Position numbers and translations under genes: made by a program. This document shows, one piece after another, positions 1 through 8,184 of a stretch of DNA of 64,000 nt. The notes under the pieces were generated by a model. It made no database searches. It was not told the DNA's origin and saw only the letters and a list, made by a program, of their open reading frames with translations. The stretch is taken from sequence record PV796108.1. One strand, written 5' to 3'. Position 1 is the first letter of the stretch. The number at the start of each line of letters is the position of its first letter.

Positions 1-43
1 CCATGTAGGTGGTGGCTCATTTCGTCTTGTTGAATCTATTGAA

Positions 44-412
44 ATGGTTAAACCTGTTATTCTTGTGAAAGTTAAGCCTAACAATCATAAAATATGGAAA
101 CATTTCGTTGGATTTACTTTAAGAGTTTTAATTCCAAGGCATCAAATGCATATGGAAAACAATTATGAAATGAATACTCATTTATTTTTTGATAGTTTTG
201 TTTCAAGTCAATGTCCGCATGAAATTAGGGTGAATGCTTGGGGTAATGATTACGAGGAAAGAATTCATCCAATGTATGACCACTTAAAAGGTCTTCATGC
301 TCATACTAGTTATTTGCATTACATTCCAAAGAAAATTGTTGATATCGTCTCAGAAGCTGAGATGTTTCAAAATAAATTAATCGAACAAGGAAAAGGAGAG
401 GTTTTAATATGA
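44..412 (+). CDS. hypothetical protein
   Basis: 122 aa ORF, stop overlaps next start (ATGA). Confidence 0.6.
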   Translation: MVKPVILVKVKPNNHKIWKHFVGFTLRVLIPRHQMHMENNYEMNTHLFFDSFVSSQCPHEIRVNAWGNDYEERIHPMYDHLKGLHAHTSYLHYIPKKIVDIVSEAEMFQNKLIEQGKGEVLI

Positions 413-1125
413 CAATCACAATCAAAATTCAAAAGGTAACAGTTCCAGCTTTAGAAAACTTAACACTTGAGGGCGTGGAATTACAAGTTGAAAATCCATT
501 AACTGCTTTAACTGGTGGCGGTATTCATTCAAGCATTGCTGATTTAGTAGAAGCAATTATTGCAGATGCAGAGCAAGAAGCAGGTAACGAGCCTGATATT
601 GATGCTGATTTCCCTGATGATATGCCTGATGGACTTCGTGCATTCTTAGAAGCACAACGAGCTGCTCAACAAGAAGTGAAAAAAGAACATCCAGGTTTTA
701 CAACTTCTTTCCCGTTCGCAGGTAACATTCAAGCTGGATTTAATCCATTAGAAAGTTTAAAAATCCCTAATCAAGTGGATATTGCAAAGGAATTAGGTAA
801 GTTACATATTCCTACTAAAGAAGAAATTGCTGAACAACTACAACAAATGGATGGTTTCCCATTCGGTAAGTTAATTAAAGTTGGTGTTCCAACTGAAGGT
901 AATGAAGAAGGTGCTAGCGACTTTCTTAAAGCGTTAAAAGCAGCAACTGAGCAAGCTGAAGAAGGCGGCGGTGTTGGATTCCCAGGTTTACCAACATGTA
1001 TCGTTGCTGGAGAAGGTATCAATCCTCAAGCAATTGACCCAGCTGTAGCAATCAAGATGTTGGCTCAGGCTGGTGCATTAGGCAACATTGCTAACATTTC
1101 AGCTTTTAAGAAAGGGATTAAGTAA
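409..1125 (+). CDS. hypothetical acidic protein
   Basis: 238 aa, RBS GGAGAGG, high-expression codon style, followed by terminator. Confidence 0.8.
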   Translation: MTITIKIQKVTVPALENLTLEGVELQVENPLTALTGGGIHSSIADLVEAIIADAEQEAGNEPDIDADFPDDMPDGLRAFLEAQRAAQQEVKKEHPGFTTSFPFAGNIQAGFNPLESLKIPNQVDIAKELGKLHIPTKEEIAEQLQQMDGFPFGKLIKVGVPTEGNEEGASDFLKALKAATEQAEEGGGVGFPGLPTCIVAGEGINPQAIDPAVAIKMLAQAGALGNIANISAFKKGIK

Positions 1126-1153
1126 GCGGCTCTTATGAGCTGCTTTCTTTTTT
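1124..1153 (+). terminator. intrinsic terminator
   Basis: AAGCGGCTC-ttat-GAGCTGCTT hairpin plus T tract. Confidence 0.7.
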
Positions 1154-1165
1154 ATCTAGGGGGAT

Positions 1166-1645
1166 ATGAAAATGATTAGATTTTATATTTTCAACCATAC
1201 AACTGTTAGAAGACAAACTGAAGCATTCTTTCAGAAACATGGATTAAAATATGAAGCAAAATCAACAAGAGAGATATCATTTAATTTGTTTTGTGATATG
1301 TTAAGTAAAACGGTTGATGGAATAGGAGACATTATTAATCTTAAATCTCCAATTTTCGAAAAGAATAAGGTTGACCCAGAAGAATTAACGTTAAGTCAGC
1401 TTTATGCTTTTGGAATGCAACACATTGACATATTCAAGAAACCAATTATCTTTAATGGTGAGAAGACTTCAGGTGGCATAACCGAGAATTCATTAAATAG
1501 TTTCTTACCAAGTAAGGCACGTAGACAAACACTCAATCGAATCCTGACTCAAATTCGTGTAATCGAAGACAAGAGAGAGGAGGAGAGAATACAACAAGAA
1601 CTAGCAAGACAACAACGAAAGAAAGTGAGTGTAACCACATCATGA
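1166..1645 (+). CDS. Spx/ArsC-family regulator lacking CXXC
   Basis: KTVDGIGDIINLKS resembles Spx MTEDGTDEIISTRS; KKPII resembles RRPII; FLPSKARR resembles FLPRKVR; no N-terminal CxxC. Confidence 0.75.
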   Translation: MKMIRFYIFNHTTVRRQTEAFFQKHGLKYEAKSTREISFNLFCDMLSKTVDGIGDIINLKSPIFEKNKVDPEELTLSQLYAFGMQHIDIFKKPIIFNGEKTSGGITENSLNSFLPSKARRQTLNRILTQIRVIEDKREEERIQQELARQQRKKVSVTTS

Positions 1646-1731
1646 TGTATTATGGAATTGTATTAGGATTTACAGGAGCATTTGTTTCATCAACGATCTT
1701 TGGTATTATTGTAAGTTTATTTTCTATTTAA
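1642..1731 (+). CDS. small hydrophobic peptide (29 aa)
   Basis: MMYYGIVLGFTGAFVSSTIFGIIVSLFSI, ATGA-coupled to upstream gene; not in ORF track. Confidence 0.4.
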   Translation: MMYYGIVLGFTGAFVSSTIFGIIVSLFSI

Positions 1732-1744
1732 AGGAGAGATTCAT

Positions 1745-2017
1745 ATGTTAACAAAAGTAGAAACTGGTACTCATAAGTTTGAACTAGATATTCCGTTGGT
1801 TGATAGAACGATTCATCTAGCAAAACAAACTTGTCCACATTGCGATGTTGTTATCGGTGAAGGAATCTTCATTGATACGATTGATGAGAAAGAAATGGTT
1901 ACAAAAGGTGATATTCACCAATGTCCAAATTGTAGTGAGTTTTATGGGGTAATGGATAAACCAGTATTTCCACAAGGAATTGATACGATCTGGACAAAGG
2001 TTAAAATTAAAAAATAA
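1745..2017 (+). CDS. Zn-ribbon protein
   Basis: CPHC and CPNC motifs, RBS AAGGAG. Confidence 0.7.
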   Translation: MLTKVETGTHKFELDIPLVDRTIHLAKQTCPHCDVVIGEGIFIDTIDEKEMVTKGDIHQCPNCSEFYGVMDKPVFPQGIDTIWTKVKIKK

Positions 2018-2053
2018 TGGGAGTTACGGCTCCCTGAGAAAGGAGGGGGCAAG

Positions 2054-2233
2054 ATGAACTTGTTCGCATATCATTTAGTAGAACAGCTAATAACAGATTA
2101 TACAGAACAGAACCCAACGGCATCATTTGACGATGTAAAAGGGCGAGTTCATCAGCATTTTAATATCCACACATCTCAAGCAGATGATATGATTAATGTG
2201 TTGATTCGTCGAGGTATGAGACGGGCAGGATAG
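2054..2233 (+). CDS. hypothetical protein (59 aa)
   Basis: RBS AGGAGGGGG, open frame MNLFAYHLVEQ...GMRRAG; not in ORF track. Confidence 0.55.
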   Translation: MNLFAYHLVEQLITDYTEQNPTASFDDVKGRVHQHFNIHTSQADDMINVLIRRGMRRAG

Positions 2234-2328
2234 TTTCCTGTCTAAAGTAGGAAAGAGGGTTGCTTCCCCCGCACCCACACTCCCTTTTTCCTGCTTTAGA
2301 GAAGGAATTATTCTTCTAGGAGGTAATT

Positions 2329-2655
2329 ATGGTTACATTATCAAGTAAGAAACTTCTTCGTAAGTATTATTTCAAAGCTTTTTGTAAGTACAACAAGTCA
2401 TTAGTACTTCCTTTATCTTTAGTACTTATCATCTTAGGTGGTATTTGCTGGGCAAAAGGAGAAAGTTGGTTTGTATTTTTAGTAACAGTTATTGTTCCTA
2501 TGATTCTAGCTTTATTCATTTCTGTTATTCATTTTCATGTTGAAATTAAGCCGATGGTAAAAATCGTCTTAGTAGAAGCAATTGAAGAATGGAATCAAGA
2601 AAGTTTGAACATCGAATATTCATCATTACAAAGTAAGTTCAATCGTACTTACTAA
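2329..2655 (+). CDS. membrane protein
   Basis: two hydrophobic segments, RBS AGGAGG. Confidence 0.7.
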   Translation: MVTLSSKKLLRKYYFKAFCKYNKSLVLPLSLVLIILGGICWAKGESWFVFLVTVIVPMILALFISVIHFHVEIKPMVKIVLVEAIEEWNQESLNIEYSSLQSKFNRTY

Positions 2656-2666
2656 GGAGGGTAATT

Positions 2667-3011
2667 ATGGATTTTAAAAATGCAGAAGATGCACAAAGGT
2701 TTATTCATTTTCATCCTAACTTATCTTTAGAAATAAAGAGAGCGGCAGATGGAGCTGTAATGGATTATTTACACAAAGGCATTCAGATTCAATTAAAGCA
2801 ATACAAGTTTGATGATAAAGTTGGTTTTAGTAGATATATGGATGGTTTTACTTTATCAGTTGGTGTTCCTCATTCTGATCCATCATCTATTACAGACCCT
2901 TACAACAATGAAATAGAGGTAATTGGGGATACATTAGAAGAAACTTTTATTAATTTGGCTAATAAAGTCTATGAAATGTATGGGACTTATCCTCAGTACA
3001 GAACTTATTAG
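2667..3011 (+). CDS. hypothetical protein
   Basis: 114 aa, RBS AAGGAGG. Confidence 0.7.
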   Translation: MDFKNAEDAQRFIHFHPNLSLEIKRAADGAVMDYLHKGIQIQLKQYKFDDKVGFSRYMDGFTLSVGVPHSDPSSITDPYNNEIEVIGDTLEETFINLANKVYEMYGTYPQYRTY

Positions 3012-3129
3012 TTTTTGTTAATTTTAAGGAGGTGATAAGCATGACTCGTGAAGAATGGAATGAATTCGCAGAACATCTTGCTCACAGCTCTGTCCATGAA
3101 ATTACAGAATTGAAAGGAGATAACTAATT

Positions 3130-3939
3130 ATGTTTCAAAAAGGTATGAACGTTTATTATATTGAGGTTCAAGAAGGTGCTTCATCTTTTAATTTCTTTAT
3201 GCCATATGAAGATGCTCAAGATGTAGTCAACTTTATTCAAAATACACCAGGTATTTCAATTAAAAATCATGGTGAAGGTATTATTCAAACGGAGGTAACA
3301 GATGCTTCTCTACGTGATATGGAAAAACTTGACCTTCCTACTGATTATTGTTTTAAAGTTAATTTTCAAGGTAGTCATGCAGTACTAGTTGATGGTACTT
3401 GTCGTTATTCTTCTAAACTTATTCAATTAGCGAAAGGGGAGATAGAAGAAGTGGTAGTTGAACAATCAGAAGAAGTCGTTCAACAAGTTATACAACAAGA
3501 CCCGAAACAATCTGCTAAAGATGCATTAAAAGCAAAAATGGCTCAAACTCAAGCGAAACCAGCAGTTCAAGTTGGTCAGCAACCAGTCGTTACAGTAGGT
3601 CAATCACCAGTTGTTACAGCTGGCCCAGCACCTCAGCAACGAGATGATTCATTAAATGCGATTCGTCAGCAAACGCAAGAACAAAAAGCAACTCATGTAT
3701 CACCTGTTGTTGGTAGACCAGTTACAATTGGTGCAGCAGTTAATTTACCAACTACAAGACAGATTGGTACTCAGCAGAAAACAGCTGCTTTTACTCCATC
3801 ACCTACTCCACAAAAAAGTAAGATGGATAAGATTTATGATTTATTATTATCACAACAGCAAGATAATCAGCAGTTAGTAGCTGAAGTTCAACAGTTACGA
3901 GCTGAGGTTCAAGCGTTAACACAGGCTTTATATCAATAG
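3130..3939 (+). CDS. hypothetical protein, Gln/Pro-rich linker and C-terminal coiled coil
   Basis: 269 aa, RBS AAAGGAG, terminator downstream. Confidence 0.75.
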   Translation: MFQKGMNVYYIEVQEGASSFNFFMPYEDAQDVVNFIQNTPGISIKNHGEGIIQTEVTDASLRDMEKLDLPTDYCFKVNFQGSHAVLVDGTCRYSSKLIQLAKGEIEEVVVEQSEEVVQQVIQQDPKQSAKDALKAKMAQTQAKPAVQVGQQPVVTVGQSPVVTAGPAPQQRDDSLNAIRQQTQEQKATHVSPVVGRPVTIGAAVNLPTTRQIGTQQKTAAFTPSPTPQKSKMDKIYDLLLSQQQDNQQLVAEVQQLRAEVQALTQALYQ

Positions 3940-3962
3940 GCGGGAGAAATCCCGTCTTTTTA
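3939..3962 (+). terminator. intrinsic terminator
   Basis: GGCGGGA-gaaa-TCCCGTC plus T tract. Confidence 0.7.
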
Positions 3963-3993
3963 TTATATTTTAGTAAATTTTTCTAAATATTTT

Positions 3994-4022
3994 TTTACTT
4001 TCTACAGCTTTTTTCTTATAAT
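3994..4022 (+). promoter_or_regulatory. sigmaA-type promoter
   Basis: TTTACT-17-TATAAT upstream of 4082. Confidence 0.5.
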
Positions 4023-4081
4023 AGTAATGGGATATAGGAAAAAGGTTGTTAGAGTAAAAAAATCAAACAAACGAAGGAGAG

Positions 4082-5563
4082 ATGGAAGTGGCAAAATTAG
4101 TAGGTATCGCTCGTGTTTTAAAAGGTGCTCGTTTTAAATGGTCTGGAGAGGACTTTGAGGTAGTTATCGCAGGTTCTGACCCAGTAGTTAAAACAAATCT
4201 TCATGGAGAGGACAAAGAAGTTGGCAACTTATCTACTTTTATTACAGAAGATGTTTCTGATGTAAATGTAATTGTTGGTGACGCATTTGTTAAACCTGAA
4301 GCACCTTCACACGAATCAACAATCAAGGAAAAATTAAAAGCTAAAGCTCGTTCGAAGAAACCATCACTTGAGTTTCGTCCTGATAGTATTACGATCTCTG
4401 GTGGCTCAATTGACACATCAGCAATTACCAAGAAACAATTGGGTACTGATACAAAAGTGAGTAAGCTTTCATCTGAAGTTGGTAAACTTAAAGTTGGTGC
4501 TCGTTTAACTTCTGACCGAGTAACTTCAGTAGAAAGTAAAGTTGATTCAACAGCATCAGTTGCTCAACGTGCTGAACGATTAGCTGGTTATGCATTAGAT
4601 CAAAATCAAGCAGTAGCAGATTTCCATCAGTCGGAAATCGAAAAAGTTGCTCGTCGTGTTGGAAAATTAGAAGTTAAAAATGAACTTACAAAAACTAAGG
4701 AGGAAAATTCAATGAACTTACAACAAAAATTCGCTCAAAAATCTCAAGAGGTAGCTAACCGTAATAACTTACAGGAGAAATTCGCTGCAAAATCGGCTTC
4801 AAAACAGAAGGGATTTGGTTCTATGTTAAACAACTTCAAAGGTCTATTCGGTAAAGTAGAAGATTTATTTGCATTCTCTCCACTTACAGGTGGTTTAGCT
4901 GTTAAGAAGAAAGATGGCGGTTTAGTAGCTTATCAAGATGGTGGTTTAACTGATGTTTCTGGTTTATCTTTAGACTTCAATGTACCAGCATTCAAGTTAC
5001 CAGTAGCTGCAAAAGATGTGAAAGCTGGAGACGCTGTTCTTCATAACGGTGAAGTTGCTTACGTTATCGGAGTAAACGATGACTACTTAGAAACAATCGT
5101 ACCAGAAAAAGGTTCTAAAGGTTCTGTATTACCTGTTAAGAACGTATTGTTCGGTCAAGCATTCTATGTTGTTGTTAAAACATTAGATGCAGCTGGTAAC
5201 GGTGGTTTCGACCCAATGTTACTTATGGCATTAGGTGATGGAAACAAAGACGACTTACTTCCACTTCTTTTAATGGGTGGAGGTTTAGGCGGTAATGGCG
5301 CTCAAGCTGGTGGAATCGACCCAATGATGTTAATGATGATGGGCGACAAAACTGATGACTTATTACCACTTATCTTAATGCAACAAGGTGGTTTAACTGG
5401 TCAAGGTTTCAATCCTTTATTGTTCTTACTTGGAGACGACAAAGGTTCTAAAAAGGATTTACTTCCATTACTTCTTATGCAACAAGGTGGAGGTCTTTTC
5501 GGTGGACAAGCAGCACCAGCTCCATCTGCACCAGTAGTAGAAGTTAAAAAAGATCAAAAGTAA
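4082..5563 (+). CDS. Met/Leu/Gly-rich repeat protein A (possible internal start at 4712)
   Basis: 493 aa; C-terminal half paralogous to 5701-6507; three DPM(L/M)LM..GD..DLLPLLLM repeats. Confidence 0.85.
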   Translation: MEVAKLVGIARVLKGARFKWSGEDFEVVIAGSDPVVKTNLHGEDKEVGNLSTFITEDVSDVNVIVGDAFVKPEAPSHESTIKEKLKAKARSKKPSLEFRPDSITISGGSIDTSAITKKQLGTDTKVSKLSSEVGKLKVGARLTSDRVTSVESKVDSTASVAQRAERLAGYALDQNQAVADFHQSEIEKVARRVGKLEVKNELTKTKEENSMNLQQKFAQKSQEVANRNNLQEKFAAKSASKQKGFGSMLNNFKGLFGKVEDLFAFSPLTGGLAVKKKDGGLVAYQDGGLTDVSGLSLDFNVPAFKLPVAAKDVKAGDAVLHNGEVAYVIGVNDDYLETIVPEKGSKGSVLPVKNVLFGQAFYVVVKTLDAAGNGGFDPMLLMALGDGNKDDLLPLLLMGGGLGGNGAQAGGIDPMMLMMMGDKTDDLLPLILMQQGGLTGQGFNPLLFLLGDDKGSKKDLLPLLLMQQGGGLFGGQAAPAPSAPVVEVKKDQK

Positions 5564-5590
5564 TTCCCAATTAAAAATGATGAGATGTAA

Positions 5591-5619
5591 AAGAGGGGTG
5601 TAACCCATCCCTCTTTTTT
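5591..5619 (+). terminator. intrinsic terminator
   Basis: AAGAGGGG...CCCCTCTT plus T tract. Confidence 0.7.
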
Positions 5620-5700
5620 ATAATTTGTTTTATAAGTTCTTTTATAAAATATAGAAGGACTTACAAACAAATTATAGGAAAATAGAGGAGGAAGTTTATT

Positions 5701-6507
5701 ATGAAAAACTTATTAGCAGGTGTAAAAGGTCAATTTGGAAAGGTAGAGAACGTATTTGCATTTTCACCAGTAACAGGCGGTCTAGCAGTTCGTGTTGGTT
5801 ATGGTAAAGAGTTCGTTGCATTCCAAGATGGTCAATTAGTAGATGTTGCAGGTCTAACTCTTGATTTCAAAGTACCAGCGTTCAAATTACCAGTGAATGC
5901 TTCAGAAGTAAAAGCTGGCGATGTTGTTCAAAATGGTGCTGAATACTTATATGTTACAGCAGTAGCTGATGGTTATGTAGAAGCTGTATCTCCAGCTCGT
6001 CGTGAAAAAGTGAATGTATTACCAACTACGAATCTATTATTCGGTAAACCATTCTTCACTGTTGTTCGTACTATCGACGGAGCAGGTGCTGGTTTCGACC
6101 CAACAATGCTTATGTTAATGTCTGATGGTGGAAGCAAAGAAGACTTACTTCCATTCTTACTTATGTCTGGTGGCTTAAATGGTCAACAAGGACAAATGAA
6201 TCCAATGATGCTTATGGCTCTTCAGGATTCTACTGATGACCTATTACCTCTTTTACTCATGCAACAAGGTGGCGCATTAGGTGAAGGTTTCAATCCATTA
6301 ATGATGCTTGCAATGGGTGGAGACAAAGGCGGTAAGTTAAATGATTTACTTCCACTTATGATGATGCAACAAGGTGGAGGCGCTGCTGGTGGTATTAACC
6401 CAATGATGCTTATGATGATGGGTGACGGCGGTTCTGACATGAAAGACTTGATGATGATGCAAGCTTTATCAGGTGGAAATGGCTTCAATCTTTTCGGAGC
6501 TAAGTAA
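5701..6507 (+). CDS. Met/Leu/Gly-rich repeat protein B
   Basis: 268 aa, RBS GAGGAGG, four (D/N)PMM(L/M)M..D..DL(L/M) repeats, paralog of 4082. Confidence 0.85.
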   Translation: MKNLLAGVKGQFGKVENVFAFSPVTGGLAVRVGYGKEFVAFQDGQLVDVAGLTLDFKVPAFKLPVNASEVKAGDVVQNGAEYLYVTAVADGYVEAVSPARREKVNVLPTTNLLFGKPFFTVVRTIDGAGAGFDPTMLMLMSDGGSKEDLLPFLLMSGGLNGQQGQMNPMMLMALQDSTDDLLPLLLMQQGGALGEGFNPLMMLAMGGDKGGKLNDLLPLMMMQQGGGAAGGINPMMLMMMGDGGSDMKDLMMMQALSGGNGFNLFGAK

Positions 6508-6713
6508 TGGATTTCGGTAATATGAACCCGAAAGAGTTACGAGCTATGGCAAGAAAGTTAAATGCCATGGCTCAAGCTCTTGAGTTGGCTCAAAATCCAG
6601 AAAAGTTCATGCAAAAGAAAGTCCGTTCTAAAATGAATGGTGTTAAACGTAAAATGAAGAATCAAGTTATCAATGGTGTTTTGGGTAATTCACTTTCCAA
6701 TAAATCAAAATGA
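6507..6713 (+). CDS. small basic Met-rich protein
   Basis: TAATG coupling to upstream gene, 68 aa. Confidence 0.65.
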   Translation: MDFGNMNPKELRAMARKLNAMAQALELAQNPEKFMQKKVRSKMNGVKRKMKNQVINGVLGNSLSNKSK

Positions 6714-6815
6714 GTTTATCATTAAGACTTGGAAAGCCATGTATTGGATGTAAGTTCATTGAACTTTTATCATAAAAAATAAAAAAAATTGACAATTGAA
6801 AGGGAGTTATTAATT

Positions 6816-7667
6816 ATGCGTAAAGTAGTATATGGTTCAACAACAGTAGACATCGAGGACAACAACTTAACAGTACAGGACATTCGTGAGGTAATGTCTG
6901 AAACATACCCTGAGTTAGCAAATGCAACACACACTGAAGCTGATGGCGTTATTACATTTAAAGTCCAAGCTGGTACAAAAGGTGCGGTTCGTATTGTTAA
7001 GTATGGTTCAACAACAATCGACATCGAAGATGATGCTCTAACTGTAAATGATATCCGTGAAGTAATGGCGGAAACTTACCCTGAATTAGCCAATGCATCT
7101 CATACACAAGAGGGTAACGTAATCGAGTTCAAGGTACAAGCAGGAACAAAAGGAGCCGTACGAGTTGTTAAGTACGGTTCCACTTCAATTGATATCGAAG
7201 ACGATGCATTAACTGTCAACGATATTCGTGAGGTAATGGCTGAGACTTATCCTGAACTTGCTAACGCTTCACATACACAGGAAGGTAACGTAATCGAATT
7301 TAAAGTGCAAGCTGGTACGAAAGGTGCTGTCCGTGTTGTAAAATACGGTAGCACTTCTATCGACATTGAGGATGATGCATTGACTGTTAATGACATCCGT
7401 GAGGTAATGGCTGAGACTTATCCTGAGTTGGCTAATGCGTCTCATACTCAAGAAGGCAATGTTATTGAGTTCAAGGTGCAAGCTGGAACCAAAGGTGCTA
7501 CTCGTGTAGTAAAATATGGTTCTACTACAATTGATATCGAGGATGACGCTTTAACAGTTAACGACATTCGTGAAGTAATGGCTGAAACGTATCCAGAACT
7601 AGCAAATGCTTCTCACACTCAAGAGGGCAATGTGATCGAATTTAAAGTACAAGCAGGTACAAAAGGT
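6816..7667 (+). repeat. tandem coding repeat, 168 nt plus 4 x 171 nt
   Basis: units at 6816-6983, 6984-7154, 7155-7325, 7326-7496, 7497-7667; protein nearly identical, codons divergent. Confidence 0.95.
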
Positions 7668-7715
7668 GGTCTTGAGTTCTTCAAAGCTATTGCACCAAAA
7701 TTAAGAAAGAAGTAA
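6816..7715 (+). CDS. polyubiquitin-like precursor, 5 tandem PRTRC protein C-like Ubl units plus 15 aa tail
   Basis: RBS AAAGGGAG before ATG 6816; units contain YPEL and end in GTKG, as recalled for PRTRC protein C; next to E2/JAB/E1. Confidence 0.85.
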   Translation: MRKVVYGSTTVDIEDNNLTVQDIREVMSETYPELANATHTEADGVITFKVQAGTKGAVRIVKYGSTTIDIEDDALTVNDIREVMAETYPELANASHTQEGNVIEFKVQAGTKGAVRVVKYGSTSIDIEDDALTVNDIREVMAETYPELANASHTQEGNVIEFKVQAGTKGAVRVVKYGSTSIDIEDDALTVNDIREVMAETYPELANASHTQEGNVIEFKVQAGTKGATRVVKYGSTTIDIEDDALTVNDIREVMAETYPELANASHTQEGNVIEFKVQAGTKGGLEFFKAIAPKLRKK

Positions 7716-7722
7716 TATGAAT

Positions 7723-7755
7723 GGGATGGAGGCCTTGGGCTTTCATCCCTTTTTT
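7723..7755 (+). terminator. intrinsic terminator after polyUbl gene
   Basis: GGGATG...CATCCC plus T tract. Confidence 0.65.
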
Positions 7756-7795
7756 CGGTGTAATTATATTTGTATTATTAAAAGGAGGTAATTGT

Positions 7796-8170
7796 ATGAG
7801 TCAAGAAGCTACAGATTTACAAGTTTCATTGGAAAGTATTCTTACAGATGACGGTGAAGAAACAGTTCCAGCACCTGAAACAAGAAGTTCATGGGAGGTT
7901 GCAGGTTTTGGTGGTCTTGAGGCATTTGTTTGTGAGAGATTAGAAGCTTTACCAAACCAACCAATTGTTAATGGTACAGTGAAAGCTAATGTTGAAAGAA
8001 TTATGTCAGCAGAAAAGGTTGAGGATTTAAGTGATATCTCAACTGGTACTTTAGAAACAATTGTAGAAGAATTAAGACGTTCAGTTAATAGTCATTTAAG
8101 TCGTCTTGATGATTTTGCGCCTCGTGTTGGTCGTGCAATGCCAATTGAAAGAGAAAGTGACTTTATCTAA
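7796..8170 (+). CDS. hypothetical acidic protein in Ubl cassette
   Basis: RBS AAAGGAGG before ATG 7796, in frame with track ORF 7721. Confidence 0.75.
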   Translation: MSQEATDLQVSLESILTDDGEETVPAPETRSSWEVAGFGGLEAFVCERLEALPNQPIVNGTVKANVERIMSAEKVEDLSDISTGTLETIVEELRRSVNSHLSRLDDFAPRVGRAMPIERESDFI

Positions 8171-8184
8171 AGGAGGGAATTAAC

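Noticed and set aside
6816-7667. Assembly duplication or CRISPR-like repeat
   Set aside because: Units differ at many synonymous positions and keep one open frame, which collapse or duplication errors would not produce
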